Source: a bacterium (GTDB lineage Bacteria; UBA8248; JACPRG01; G963555815). From it: a stretch of DNA of 64,000 nucleotides. A model generated the notes under the pieces. The model searched no databases. It worked only from the letters and a program-made list of their open reading frames with translations, and had not been told where the DNA came from. Of the stretch, positions 52,325 to 62,741 are shown one piece after another. The stretch is from NCBI GenBank assembly GCA_965261595.1, contig CBDHDG010000004.1, positions 416,001-480,000 on the forward strand, in the 5' to 3' direction. Position 1 is the first letter of the stretch; every line of letters starts with the position of its first letter. Position numbers and translations under genes: made by a program.

Positions 52325-53512
52325 TTACGCTGAACGGTGGATCCGGCTCGCCAGGGTCGACTCGGCGATGACCCTTCCCTGCCGGACGACCCAGAGCCGG
52401 GGAGGATGGAGACGAACCGCCTGGGCGGGGGTTTCGCAATCGATGACGACCAGGTCCGCCGCGCCGCCCTCCCGAATGCCGTAGTCGTCGAGACCCCAGA
52501 TTTTCGCCGAGTTGAACGTGGGCATTCGGAACACGGATTCAATCTCGTCCGGGAGAGAAAGATGCGCCACATGGGCGGTCAGGAGGGCGACCTCCAGGAG
52601 GTCCGCCGTCCCGAACGGATAAAACCCGTCATAGACGCAATCCTGGCCGAACGCCACGTTGATCCCGGCCGCCATGAGCGCTTTCACCCGCGTGACGCCC
52701 CGGCGGATGAGACCCCGGTCCCCCCTGCCTTGAACCACCAGGTTCGTGGCGGGATTGGTGATCATGTGGATGCCCGCCCGCTTCACCCGCCGGATGACCT
52801 CCGCCGCGTAATCCTCCGGGTAAGCGGCGAGGGCGCACGTGTTTCCGGCGGTGACCCGGCCTTGATAATCCTCGTTGAGCGTCTTGTCCGCCAAGACTTC
52901 CAGGGACCGGATGGCCGGGTCGTCGGTCTCATCCACGTGCATGTCGATGTCGGCGTCGAAATGCTTCGCGATGCGGAACGCGATGTCGATGTGCTTTGCC
53001 CAGTCCTCCGGCCGCTTCTCATGGTGCGGCATGCCCCCCACCAGGTCGGCCCCCATGTCCATCGCTTGCCAGAGCAGGTCTTCCGTTCCCGGGTCCCGCA
53101 GGATGCCTTCTTGGGGAAACGCGATAATCTGCAAGTCCACGAGATCGGCGTAGCGCCGTTTGACCTCCAGCAGCCCTTCCACGGCCCGGAGACCGACAAT
53201 GGTGTCCACATCGGCGTGCGTGCGGAGCCGAGTCGTTCCGTTCCGAACGGCCATCTCAATCGTCCGGCCGGCCCGTGCGACGATGTCCTCCACCGTGTAC
53301 CGGCGCTTTCGCTCCCAGATGACCTCGATGCCGCCCATGAGCGTCCCCGTCCGGTTGGGCGGAATATCGCCCGCGTCGATCTCCTGGTCCGCCCGTTCCG
53401 GGATGTCGTGCGCGATTCGGGCGATGCGGTCCGCTGCGATCGCGATGTCAACCGGAACGTCCGCATCCACCCCGACCGGCCGCGCGTTACGGATTATCAG
53501 ATCCAAACCCAA
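52325..53512 (-). CDS. Cytosine deaminase-like protein lacking the HxH metal motif (probable pseudogene)
   Basis: EIDAG joined to DIPPNRTGTL; RTHAD, AFPQEG, MHVDE and GQDC retained; GH replaced by GN. Confidence 0.75.
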   Translation of the reverse strand: MGLDLIIRNARPVGVDADVPVDIAIAADRIARIAHDIPERADQEIDAGDIPPNRTGTLMGGIEVIWERKRRYTVEDIVARAGRTIEMAVRNGTTRLRTHADVDTIVGLRAVEGLLEVKRRYADLVDLQIIAFPQEGILRDPGTEDLLWQAMDMGADLVGGMPHHEKRPEDWAKHIDIAFRIAKHFDADIDMHVDETDDPAIRSLEVLADKTLNEDYQGRVTAGNTCALAAYPEDYAAEVIRRVKRAGIHMITNPATNLVVQGRGDRGLIRRGVTRVKALMAAGINVAFGQDCVYDGFYPFGTADLLEVALLTAHVAHLSLPDEIESVFRMPTFNSAKIWGLDDYGIREGGAADLVVIDCETPAQAVRLHPPRLWVVRQGRVIAESTLASRIHRSA

Positions 53513-54445
53513 CTCCTCTACGCTTCACTTTTTCACCCGCTTGGGCGCGTGTCTCCGTGCCGCAGGCCGGGGGAAATCATCCGCCCGCCAAACGCCCGGA
53601 CCTTCCGGGGGATCTCCCCCATGTCCACCGTCGTCGGCCGGTCATCGTCGATCCGTGGAACCCGATCTTCAGGGCCGCATCGGCCGCTCCCCCATACCCC
53701 GAGGTTCTCCGGAAAGCTTGTTGGCGCCCGCCGGGGCAATCATTTCATGCATGTTCCCAGTCACCCATGACGGCGGGTCGCGTCATCATCCGCCAACTTG
53801 CGCTTGAGATCCATCGTTCGCCTGGTGATCGTTCCAGGCTTCCTTTGGTCCGGGAACTGGGTTAAAATGATGGCCCTGGAAGTCGATTCCTCATTTTGAC
53901 ACAAGGCCCTTCATCCCAGATATCCCATATGGATCATAACTTTTGTCGGACCGGAGGACATTTTCTGGAGTAAAATCAATGCATGAGCCTCCCCGAGCCA
54001 TCCTCTCGCGGGGTAATCCAATGGGTGAAGCGAAAAAGTGGGCGTTGAAGGTCCGTTTTGAGCGTCGGCTGAGGCTTGAGTTTCACGGAACCAGAATGAC
54101 TTCGGATGCGGGATTGCTGGCCTGCCGAGAGGGATCAAGCACTGGTCGTTACGCGGCCTTCAGCTTAAGCTCCTCAAAATGGGCGGCCGGCTCGTGCGGT
54201 ACGCCCGCCACATCACCTTCCAGTTGGCCGAGGTCGGTGTATCCAGGAAGACATTTGCCCTTATCTTGGAGAGAATCAAGCGATGATGCCCGGTGCCTGT
54301 CTAGCGACCCTAAGCGGAGTCCACACAAGGGCAAAATGACGAAGACTCCAAACCTGGTGGTCAAGCCCGTTTACACGCCGGCGCTGACATGGTTTTCCAA
54401 TGGCGGATACCGCTCCGATCAGGGTTTCAGGCGCCCGAAATGGTG

Positions 54446-54474
54446 TTGACAGCCCCGGTAAAGAGGGCTCTAAT
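54446..54474 (+). promoter_or_regulatory. Sigma70-like promoter inside the composite unit
   Basis: TTGACA-17 bp-TCTAAT; also at 31636-31664 on the minus strand. Confidence 0.5.
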
Positions 54475-54763
54475 TGAGTTAAAGAGCAACGGGTGGTCAA
54501 TACAAGAGTTGTCTTGATTTAAACCGGGATTTCCCAGATGACCACTCTTAGCCATCCTGTGGTCCTCCTGTGTCATCAAAGTACCCCATTTTACTACAGA
54601 TTCAGGGTCTCTTTGCAGAACCCTCTGCTCAATCGAGGGGCAACGGCCGTCCTAAAGCCGCAATCCCTTGAAAACCCAGCTCTACCGGCACACTCAGGGG
54701 AGTTCGGCACAGACTGATCCCCCGTCTCCACCACGTCACTAAGCTTCCGGGCCATCTGCTCCG

Positions 54764-56114
54764 TCATCCGGTATCTGGTACGGGAGGCGGTAACCACAAC
54801 CGTCGAATTCGTTCAAGGATTGCCCTGAACAGTTGACGCGGCACGGCCACCTCGGCCATCTGGAAGGTGGTGTGCCGGGCGTGGGTGACCACCTTGGCCC
54901 CAATCTTAATCAGCTTCTCGCGTAACGTCGTCAGCGACCAGTGCTTCACCGCTCTGGGCAACGCCAGCCGCCGCAGGAAGTTTGCCAGGTTGTACGCCAA
55001 GGCAAATAGTTGCAAGCGAACCTGGTTCTCTTCAAAGCCGTGGCAGGACAGGCGCGTCCAGTTCAGGGCGTACTTGCCCTCCTTGATCCACTGCTCCGCC
55101 GTCCCACGCTGGTTGTAGAACCTCACGACGTTCTCTTCCCGCCAGTGCAGGTTGGTCACGATGAAGCTGACTCTTGGAAACAACTCGCCCTGGTGCCACT
55201 CGACCGCCACCACCACCCGGCGAGGCTTCTCCCAACTAGCCGCCTGATAGGGGAGACGCTGTGGTAGAAGATAATGGGCCTTTTGGGCGGTCGGCCAACC
55301 GGCCGGGTCAGAAGGCATTCGATGTCCCTGTACAAGATGGCGTTGGCCGGAAGCCGAATCGCATAGGAGTAGCCCTCCGCCTCAAGGTATCGGTACACCT
55401 CCGGCTTGGCAAATGCCGCGTCGCCTCGAAAAAACCGACAGACCTTCGCATCCCGGTAGCGAGCTACCACCGGCTCCAATACAGACCACCAGTCATCAGC
55501 GCTGTGGACCTTGCCGTTGCGCAACAGCGCCCGCTCCAGATCGCCAAACTGGTTGAAGCAAAACAGTGGGTGATAGCAGGTGCAGCCGAAGTGGCCGTTG
55601 TAGGAAGAGCCTTCCTGCTCACCGTGGGTCGGGCTGACCGAACTGTCCATGTCCAGGATCAGCTTGCGAATCGGCTTGCGTTTGCGGACACGATCCACCA
55701 ACACACCGGGCAGACCGCTCAGCGCCTTGAGGGGTTAAGGGGCCGGGTGAGGGTCTGCGTCTCGAATCGGCTCATCTGGCTGGTGGAGGCAGCGGTGTGA
55801 TACTTCGCTCGCCCCCCAACCACCTGACGCATGGCGGGATCGACACAGAGCCGCTCGGCATCATTGGTGTCTTTATATCCTGCCAGGCGGCTGTAGACCG
55901 ACTGGCGCACCAAAGCGGTGAGGCTGTGCCGGGTGTTCCCGCCCGTCCGTGAATCGGACAGAAACCCCTCGGCCGCCTTCGTCAGCCCCAACACCTCATC
56001 CAGTTCACGATAGGCAAGCAAACCGGCGTCACTCGTAACCTTTGCTCCGTGAAACTCCAGCATGAGCCGACCGTCGAATTGGAGCCTCAACGGCCTCTTT
56101 TTCGCTTCACCCAT
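54764..56114 (-). pseudogene. IS1380-family transposase with two frameshifts
   Basis: Three ORF pieces: 55719-56129, 55156-55704, 54764-55318. Confidence 0.9.
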
Positions 56115-56224
56115 CGGGTCCCCTCGCAAGATGATGGCAGGGAGAGGCCAACACCTTGATTTTACACGAGAAAACGGCCTTCGGGGCGTTAAAAATTATC
56201 ATCCATATGGGAAATGCGGGTTCA

Positions 56225-58141
56225 TTGTCGTCCACTTTGAAAATCCGCGGGAGCAAGGACGCCCTTTACTCGCTCGCGCTCCTGGCCATCGGGCTCCTTC
56301 TCCTCATGGCGCCGGTGGGAGACGCGCCCGACCTGCCAATTAAAGAGGCCCGGGTCGTCTTCATGCAGAATACGCCGGTTATTTTATGGCTGGCGGTCTG
56401 GTGGGCGTCCGTGCTGCTCTACCTGCGGCTGGCCTTCGGCCGGGAGGATTTCAAGAAAAGCCTGGGTCCGGGCGTCCGGACCGGACTCATCTTCCACCTG
56501 GGACTTCTTCTTCTGGATTTCCTCGGCGACATGGGCGGGGGGCGGATCAGTCTGAGCCGGCCCTTCATCGTATACCTTCACCTTGTGACGTCGGTGGGGT
56601 TCGGCGCCATTGCCTGGTGGGTGTCCGGCCACTGGACGGTGAGACCGGACGACCGGGTGACAAAAAGAGGTGAAATCGAGAGCCACCTTTGCACCCTACT
56701 GGCGCTTCTTCTGGTTTGGTCCCTGTTGCAAACGCTTTGGACGCGGCAGTTTCTCCTCTTCGGCGTTCTCCTGATCATCTACGCCGCGTTCTGGAAAGGA
56801 GGCACGGCCGCCTCGGTCCTGCTGGAGCGCCGTTACCGGCTCATCGCCGCCCGGTTTTCTGGCGAGACGGCCTTCTTGGTCTCGCTTTTCCTCATCTCCC
56901 TGCTCTCATTGTTTCTCATTGTCTACCAAGTCACCAATGGGTTCACGCAATTCTACGAATATTTCTACGGGGTTTATTTGAATTGGGCCCGGGACCTGCT
57001 GGCGGGCCGGCCGGTCCTCTCGGGTGAGGCGACGGGATATTGTGTCTTCGTGGCGGGGGTCTTCCGGCTCTTCGGCGAAAGTAAGGTCGCCCTTCAGATC
57101 GTTCAGATCGTCATCAACGCGTCTATCCCGCTGCTCGGTTACTTCGTGGCGAGAAGGCTTGCGCCGAAGGCGGTGGCGCGTCTGGCCGCGCTGCTATTGA
57201 CCTTCAATTTCATCCACCAGTGGGACGCCGTGAATTTCCACTGGTCCATCCTTGTGACCTTTTACTCGCTGGCGGCTATCGCCGCCTTTCTCGGCTTCAG
57301 CGAGTCCAGCCGGAAAAGCCGTTGGATCTACCTGGCGATCTCGGGTCTCGCCTTCGGTCTTCTGGTGGCCGTGCGTACTGAGAACGCCTTGTTTATCCCC
57401 GTCTTCCTCTGGTGGCATTGGAGGAGAAGGCGCCGCGAACCCGAGGGCGCCCGCCTCTTGATCGGAACGCCCAAGGTTGCAATGGCTGTGATCCTCCTGG
57501 CCTTGCTGAGCGGCGCGCCATTCGCCGCTGTCAACTACCTCAACATGGGGACGTTCTATCCCGTCAGCAACGAGGGCGGAAAGGTGGGCTCGCAGTACGC
57601 CCTTCAGGACATCTGGAGCCAGTATTACTACTACGTCCTGCCGGGGGGAGAGAACCCCATTCAGGAGCCCGCAAGGGCCTGGAGGGCGATCAAGAAAGAC
57701 CCGCTGGGGTTTATCGGCCGTCTGTTCGTCAAAGGGGGACAAGAAACCCCGTGGCCGGGGGGAAGCATCGTGCAGAGACTGCAAAACGGCATCGCCATCC
57801 TGTTTTCAACCGCTCAATGGTCGTACTTCGACTTTTTTTACTTCAAAATGCTCAGCCGATGGCATCTGTATCTGAACTTCTACGCCGCCCTTCTCGCCTC
57901 GGCGGGAATCTGGGCTTTGATGAAGGATGCGCGCCCCCACCCATTCTGGAGGGCCGTCAACGTCTACCTCATCGCGCGCTATTTCATGCACGTCTTCCTC
58001 ACGAACCACCCCGAAGGCGCCTACCGGTATGCAAGCCCGTTCCTTCCTTTCGTCTCGATCTACGTCGCCCTGGGAATCTGGATAATCTGGAGGGCCGAGT
58101 GGCCCCGATCTACGCGGCCGGTGCGGCCGGCCGCCGGTTGA
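56225..58141 (+). CDS. Polytopic membrane protein, GT-C (ArnT/PMT-like) glycosyltransferase-like
   Basis: Many hydrophobic helices, GYCVFVAGVFRLFG, GLAFGLLVAVRTEN, YRY..PFLP; 5' end abuts the IS TSD so the start is uncertain. Confidence 0.6.
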   Translation: MSSTLKIRGSKDALYSLALLAIGLLLLMAPVGDAPDLPIKEARVVFMQNTPVILWLAVWWASVLLYLRLAFGREDFKKSLGPGVRTGLIFHLGLLLLDFLGDMGGGRISLSRPFIVYLHLVTSVGFGAIAWWVSGHWTVRPDDRVTKRGEIESHLCTLLALLLVWSLLQTLWTRQFLLFGVLLIIYAAFWKGGTAASVLLERRYRLIAARFSGETAFLVSLFLISLLSLFLIVYQVTNGFTQFYEYFYGVYLNWARDLLAGRPVLSGEATGYCVFVAGVFRLFGESKVALQIVQIVINASIPLLGYFVARRLAPKAVARLAALLLTFNFIHQWDAVNFHWSILVTFYSLAAIAAFLGFSESSRKSRWIYLAISGLAFGLLVAVRTENALFIPVFLWWHWRRRRREPEGARLLIGTPKVAMAVILLALLSGAPFAAVNYLNMGTFYPVSNEGGKVGSQYALQDIWSQYYYYVLPGGENPIQEPARAWRAIKKDPLGFIGRLFVKGGQETPWPGGSIVQRLQNGIAILFSTAQWSYFDFFYFKMLSRWHLYLNFYAALLASAGIWALMKDARPHPFWRAVNVYLIARYFMHVFLTNHPEGAYRYASPFLPFVSIYVALGIWIIWRAEWPRSTRPVRPAAG

Positions 58142-58226
58142 AGCGGGCCCGGGCCTCCGCCGGTATGAAAGGGTCAGAATGAAAGAAGGCCGGAATCTCC
58201 TCTTTGTGAGAAATGTGGGTTAAACA

Positions 58227-59477
58227 GTGAAATCGCGCAGGTTGTTGAAGAACACCCGATCGCCTGAGTGGGACTCCCCCCGCGACATTCTCATCGAGGG
58301 AGGGAAGATCGCCCGGATCGGCGAGGGGCTGGACGTCGAAGCCGAATCGACCATCGACGTGGACGGCCGGGCCGTCGTTCCAGGCTTCGTGGAGGCCCAC
58401 ACGCACATCGACAAGGCGTACACCCTCCACCTCTGCGACAACGCGGCTGGGACGTTGGACGGCGCAATCCGGGAAATGTACAAGGTCAAGGAAACCGCGA
58501 CCGTCGATGAGATTTATGGCCGAGCCGAAGCCTGCCTGCTCAATTTCATCTCCCACGGGGCGACAACCGTCCGGACGCACATCGACGTGGACCACTCCAT
58601 CGACCTCCGGGGGATGGAGGCGCTCGTCCGGCTCCGAGACCGTTACCGGGAGAAGGTCACGCTCCAGCTCGTCCCCCTGGCCCGAAGCGCCCCGGGGGCG
58701 GCAGACGAGTCGGCTTACCGAAAATATCTGAGGGAAGCCGTGTCCATGGGCGCGGACGCGGTCGGCGGGGTCCCCACCATATTGGTCAACATGGCGGCCT
58801 ACCTCGAGATCGCCTTCGAGACGGCGGCGGAGTTCGATCTTCCCGTCGATCTCCACGTAGACGAATCCGACAACCCCGATGACCTCGTCCTCGAACAGCT
58901 CGCGGAGAAGACCATCGCCCGGGGGTGGCAAGGGCGGGTCGTGGCGGGACATTGCTGCTCCCTCGCGGCGGTGGACGACGCGACGGCAGCGCGGGTCATC
59001 GACAATGTGGCCGAGGCCGGGATCTCCATCATCACCCTCCCGCTCTGCAACCTCTACCTCCAGGGCCGGGGCGACGCCCAGCCCGTCCGACGTGGGATCA
59101 CGCGCGTCAAAGAGCTTCTGGACGCGGGGGTCAACGTGTTCTGCGCCTCCGATAACGTACAGGACGCCTTCGGTCCCTATGGACGCGCGGACACGCTGGA
59201 GGCCGCCTGGCTCACCGGATTGGCGGCTCATCTGAACGAGTCGTTCAGGCCAACGCTCTTGGACATGGTGACGGGGAGACCGGCGAAGGCTCTGGGTCTC
59301 GGAGACGGGTACGGGCTTCGGGAGGGCGCGGCGGCGGACCTTGTGGTGATGGCGTCGGAGTCGCCCGGGACCGTTGTGGTCGAGCGCCCCGAGCGGCTGG
59401 CGGTGTTCCGTTCCGGAAAGGTGGTTTGGGCGGGCGCCGGGGCGGAGGCCTTGGGAATCGACGGGCCGGAGGTCTAA
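58227..59477 (+). CDS. Cytosine deaminase-like amidohydrolase
   Basis: PGFVEAHTHIDK, RTHID, LHVDE, GHCC, SDNVQD. Confidence 0.88.
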   Translation: MKSRRLLKNTRSPEWDSPRDILIEGGKIARIGEGLDVEAESTIDVDGRAVVPGFVEAHTHIDKAYTLHLCDNAAGTLDGAIREMYKVKETATVDEIYGRAEACLLNFISHGATTVRTHIDVDHSIDLRGMEALVRLRDRYREKVTLQLVPLARSAPGAADESAYRKYLREAVSMGADAVGGVPTILVNMAAYLEIAFETAAEFDLPVDLHVDESDNPDDLVLEQLAEKTIARGWQGRVVAGHCCSLAAVDDATAARVIDNVAEAGISIITLPLCNLYLQGRGDAQPVRRGITRVKELLDAGVNVFCASDNVQDAFGPYGRADTLEAAWLTGLAAHLNESFRPTLLDMVTGRPAKALGLGDGYGLREGAAADLVVMASESPGTVVVERPERLAVFRSGKVVWAGAGAEALGIDGPEV

Positions 59478-59674
59478 TGAGGAAGGCCTAAATCATGTCC
59501 TACACGGAGCGACTCAACAAAAACCGGGAGAGGTCCCCGACACTTCAGGGGCGGGTGCGGAATCACGCCCCTACCCGCGATTCCGCAATAAATATGAGGG
59601 GCCGGGCGCGAGTCGGTTGACTCCTGCACCGGCCTCATCACACGCCCGCGTTGATCCCCAAGACCCACGGGGGC

Positions 59675-62503
59675 TTACGGGGAGACCGGCTCGGCGGCCG
59701 CTTCCAGGGCCGTCTTGACCTTTTCCTTCGTCGCGGGCAGGTCGTAGATCCACACGCCGCAGGCGTCGTAGATGGCGTTGATGATGGCGGGCGCCGTCGG
59801 GATGGTCGAGACCTCCCCGACCCCTTTCGCGCCGAAAGGCCCTTCGATCTCTGGGTCTTCGACCATGATCGTGACGATTTCGGGGATCCGGTCGAGCCCC
59901 GGCATGCCGCACTTCTTGAAGAGCTTGCTCTTGGGCCGGCCGGCCTTGACCACGTACTCCTCGCTCAGGGCGTAACCGATCCCCTGGACGACCCCGCCCT
60001 CGATTTGTCCACGGCAGGCGGCGGGATGGATGACGCGGCCTACGTCGTGCGCCGTCACCATGCGCTCCACCCGGACCTCGCCCGTCTCTTCGTTGACGCT
60101 CACCACGGCCGCCTGGGCGCCGTACCCGTATGTCACGTGCGTCTTGTAGTCTTTCTTGTCGAAAGATCCCCACGCGTCGGTTTCCGGCGGCACATAGAGG
60201 TTTTCGGCGTCGAACCGCCGGTCTCCGGCCCGGGTCTTGATCTCGGCGAGGCCCAGACAAAGCTCCGGCTTCATTTCGACAAAAACCTTCCCCCCTTCGA
60301 CCCGCAGGATCTCCGGCGGCACGTCCAGGAACTCCGCCGCCGCCCGCACGATCTGCTCTTTCACGTCCCGGGCGGCCCGGATGACGGCGTTTCCCGTCAC
60401 GAAGGTCTGTCTCGAAGCGGAGGACACGCCGCTGTCCGGGGTCTCGAAGGTGTCGCCGGTCAGGATGTCTACGTCTTCATACGCGACGCCGATCGTCTCG
60501 GCGGCGAACTGTCTCAGGATGGTGGTCATCCCCTGGCCGATCTCGGCGGCTCCGGCGCGGACCCACACCCGGCCGTCTTCTTCCAAAGAGACCCGCGCGC
60601 GGGATTTGTCCTCATCGCTGGCGTTGCCGAGCCCGACGTTCTTGTAAGCCAGGCCGATGCCGACGCCCCGCCGCCAGGGAGAACCGTTGGCGCTCTCGTT
60701 GCGGAGCTCCTCCCAGCCGACGGCCTCGGCGACTCGCCGGACACACTCCTTCAGGCCGACGCTGGAAGGCAAAAGCTGTCCCGCGCCCGTCCGCTTGCCG
60801 GCTTCGAGCGCGTTTCGCATGCGCAGATCGATCGGGTCCATGCCCAGGGCTTCGGCCACCTGGTCCAGGACCACTTCGATGGGATAGGCCGCCTGGGGGG
60901 TCCCGAAGCCGCGCATCGCGCCCCCGACGGGGTTGTTGGTGTACACCCCGATCACGTCCACCCGGACGTTGTCCACTTCATAAGGGCCGGCCGCGTGCGT
61001 CGCGGCCCGGGTGATGACGACGTCCCCCACCGAAGCGTACGCCCCGGTGTCGCTGATGTGCAGGGCGTCCACGGCAACGATCCGCCCGTCCCGCGTCGCT
61101 CCCACCTTGACGCGAGAGATGAAGGGATGGCGCTTGGTCGAGGCGAGGAGCGATTCCTCACGGCCGAGGACGTATTTGACCGGCCGTCCGGTATTCACGG
61201 TGAGAAGCGCGCAAATGATTTGCGGGAGAACGTCCTCCTTCCCCCCGAAGGCGCCGCCGCACTTGGGCATGACCACCCGCACCCGCCCGGTCTCCCACTG
61301 GAGCGCGGCGCAAACCTGGCTCTGGTCCGAGAACACGTTCTGCCCCGCGCACTCGACGACCAGGATGGGCCCCTCCCCCTCCCCTTCCGGGCCGTCCTCC
61401 AGGTGCGTGAGACACGCCTCGGGCTCGAGATAGCCGTGCTCGACGAAAGGCGTCGTGAACTCCCGTTCGATGACCACGTCGCACCCGGCGAAGGCCGCGT
61501 CCACGTCGCCCCGGTTGATCCACCGGCGGCTGACGATGTTTTTCCCGTACTCCTTGATGACCTGCCCTTCCGGGACCAGGTCTTGGACGTAGGGGGCGTC
61601 ATCCTTCAGGGCCTCGCGCGGGTCGAGGAGGGGCTCCAGGATCTCCCACTCGACGCGGATCTTCTTCAGGGCCGCTTGGGCGGCCTCGGCGGACTCGGCG
61701 GCGACCGCCGCCACCGCCTCCCCGACGCACCGGACCTTGCCCTCGGCGAAGACAGGCTGGTCGGGGGTCAGAAGGCCGAACCGGTTATGCGGAACATCGT
61801 CGGCCGTGATGACGGCGCGGACCCCCTCTAGGGCCTCGGCTTCGGCGGTGTCGATGGACAGAATTCGGGCGTGGGGCCGGGCGCTCCTGAGAACCGCGGC
61901 GTAGAGCATCCCATCCATATAGAGGTCGTCGGCGTAAATCGCCGCGCCGCAGGACTTGTCCAGGGCGTCGTCGCGCAAGAAAGAGCGGCCGATCACCCCG
62001 TTCCCGTCGAGACTGCTTTCAACGGGAGAGCCTTTTTCGGGATGGACGACCGAATCGATGGCTTCGAGGATCTGCCTGTACCCCGTGCAGCGGCAGACAT
62101 TTTCGCGCAGGGCTTCCCGAACGTCCGCCGCCGCGGGCTTGGGCTCTTTTTCCAGCAAACCGTAGGCCGAGACGATGAAGCCGGGAATGCAGAACCCGCA
62201 CTGGCAGGCCCCGTGCTCGGCGAAAGATCGCTGGAGGGGATGAGGATTCTCGGGCGATCCGATTCCCTCGATCGTGACCACCTCTCCGCCGTTGGCGATC
62301 CTCATGGTGGTCGTGCAGGAGTTCACGGCCTTTCCGTTCAGGATGACCCGGCAGGAGCCGCAATACCCCTGCGTACAGCCGTTCTTCGAGCCGATCAACC
62401 GGAGATCGTCCCGCAGGACGTCCATCAGAAGACGCTTGTCGCCCCCGAAAACGGCGACCTCTTTTCCGTTTACCTTGATGTGGAATTTTTTCGCGGGGTT
62501 CAT
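59675..62503 (-). CDS. Fused 2Fe-2S/molybdopterin oxidoreductase (aldehyde oxidoreductase/xanthine dehydrogenase family)
   Basis: GCTQGYCGSC, QCGFCIPG, CRCTGY, GGAFGGK, AMRGFG, GAKGVGE. Confidence 0.92.
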   Translation of the reverse strand: MNPAKKFHIKVNGKEVAVFGGDKRLLMDVLRDDLRLIGSKNGCTQGYCGSCRVILNGKAVNSCTTTMRIANGGEVVTIEGIGSPENPHPLQRSFAEHGACQCGFCIPGFIVSAYGLLEKEPKPAAADVREALRENVCRCTGYRQILEAIDSVVHPEKGSPVESSLDGNGVIGRSFLRDDALDKSCGAAIYADDLYMDGMLYAAVLRSARPHARILSIDTAEAEALEGVRAVITADDVPHNRFGLLTPDQPVFAEGKVRCVGEAVAAVAAESAEAAQAALKKIRVEWEILEPLLDPREALKDDAPYVQDLVPEGQVIKEYGKNIVSRRWINRGDVDAAFAGCDVVIEREFTTPFVEHGYLEPEACLTHLEDGPEGEGEGPILVVECAGQNVFSDQSQVCAALQWETGRVRVVMPKCGGAFGGKEDVLPQIICALLTVNTGRPVKYVLGREESLLASTKRHPFISRVKVGATRDGRIVAVDALHISDTGAYASVGDVVITRAATHAAGPYEVDNVRVDVIGVYTNNPVGGAMRGFGTPQAAYPIEVVLDQVAEALGMDPIDLRMRNALEAGKRTGAGQLLPSSVGLKECVRRVAEAVGWEELRNESANGSPWRRGVGIGLAYKNVGLGNASDEDKSRARVSLEEDGRVWVRAGAAEIGQGMTTILRQFAAETIGVAYEDVDILTGDTFETPDSGVSSASRQTFVTGNAVIRAARDVKEQIVRAAAEFLDVPPEILRVEGGKVFVEMKPELCLGLAEIKTRAGDRRFDAENLYVPPETDAWGSFDKKDYKTHVTYGYGAQAAVVSVNEETGEVRVERMVTAHDVGRVIHPAACRGQIEGGVVQGIGYALSEEYVVKAGRPKSKLFKKCGMPGLDRIPEIVTIMVEDPEIEGPFGAKGVGEVSTIPTAPAIINAIYDACGVWIYDLPATKEKVKTALEAAAEPVSP

Positions 62504-62741
62504 TCGGACGAGATCCCCCCTGGGGCCGCGATGGGCCTAATTTTTGTTGATATCCGAGGCAGAGCTGGCCAACGCCCATTTTCTCCCCCCGAATCCATAC
62601 CTATTTTACGCCCAATCGGGGAAAAGTCGAATCACGCAGACGGGAACGGCCGCCCCGACAGGTCATGCCGAGCGTCGGGATAGATCCGCACCACCGGAAG
62701 CGCATCCGGGGGCAAACCGCATGAATGGAAAGAATTGCGGG

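Larger units (their letters stand above)
53915..56220 (-). mobile_element. Composite IS1380-family unit, copy B (2306 bp)
   Basis: Reverse complement of copy A without IS3; 5-bp TSD TTCAT. Confidence 0.92.
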
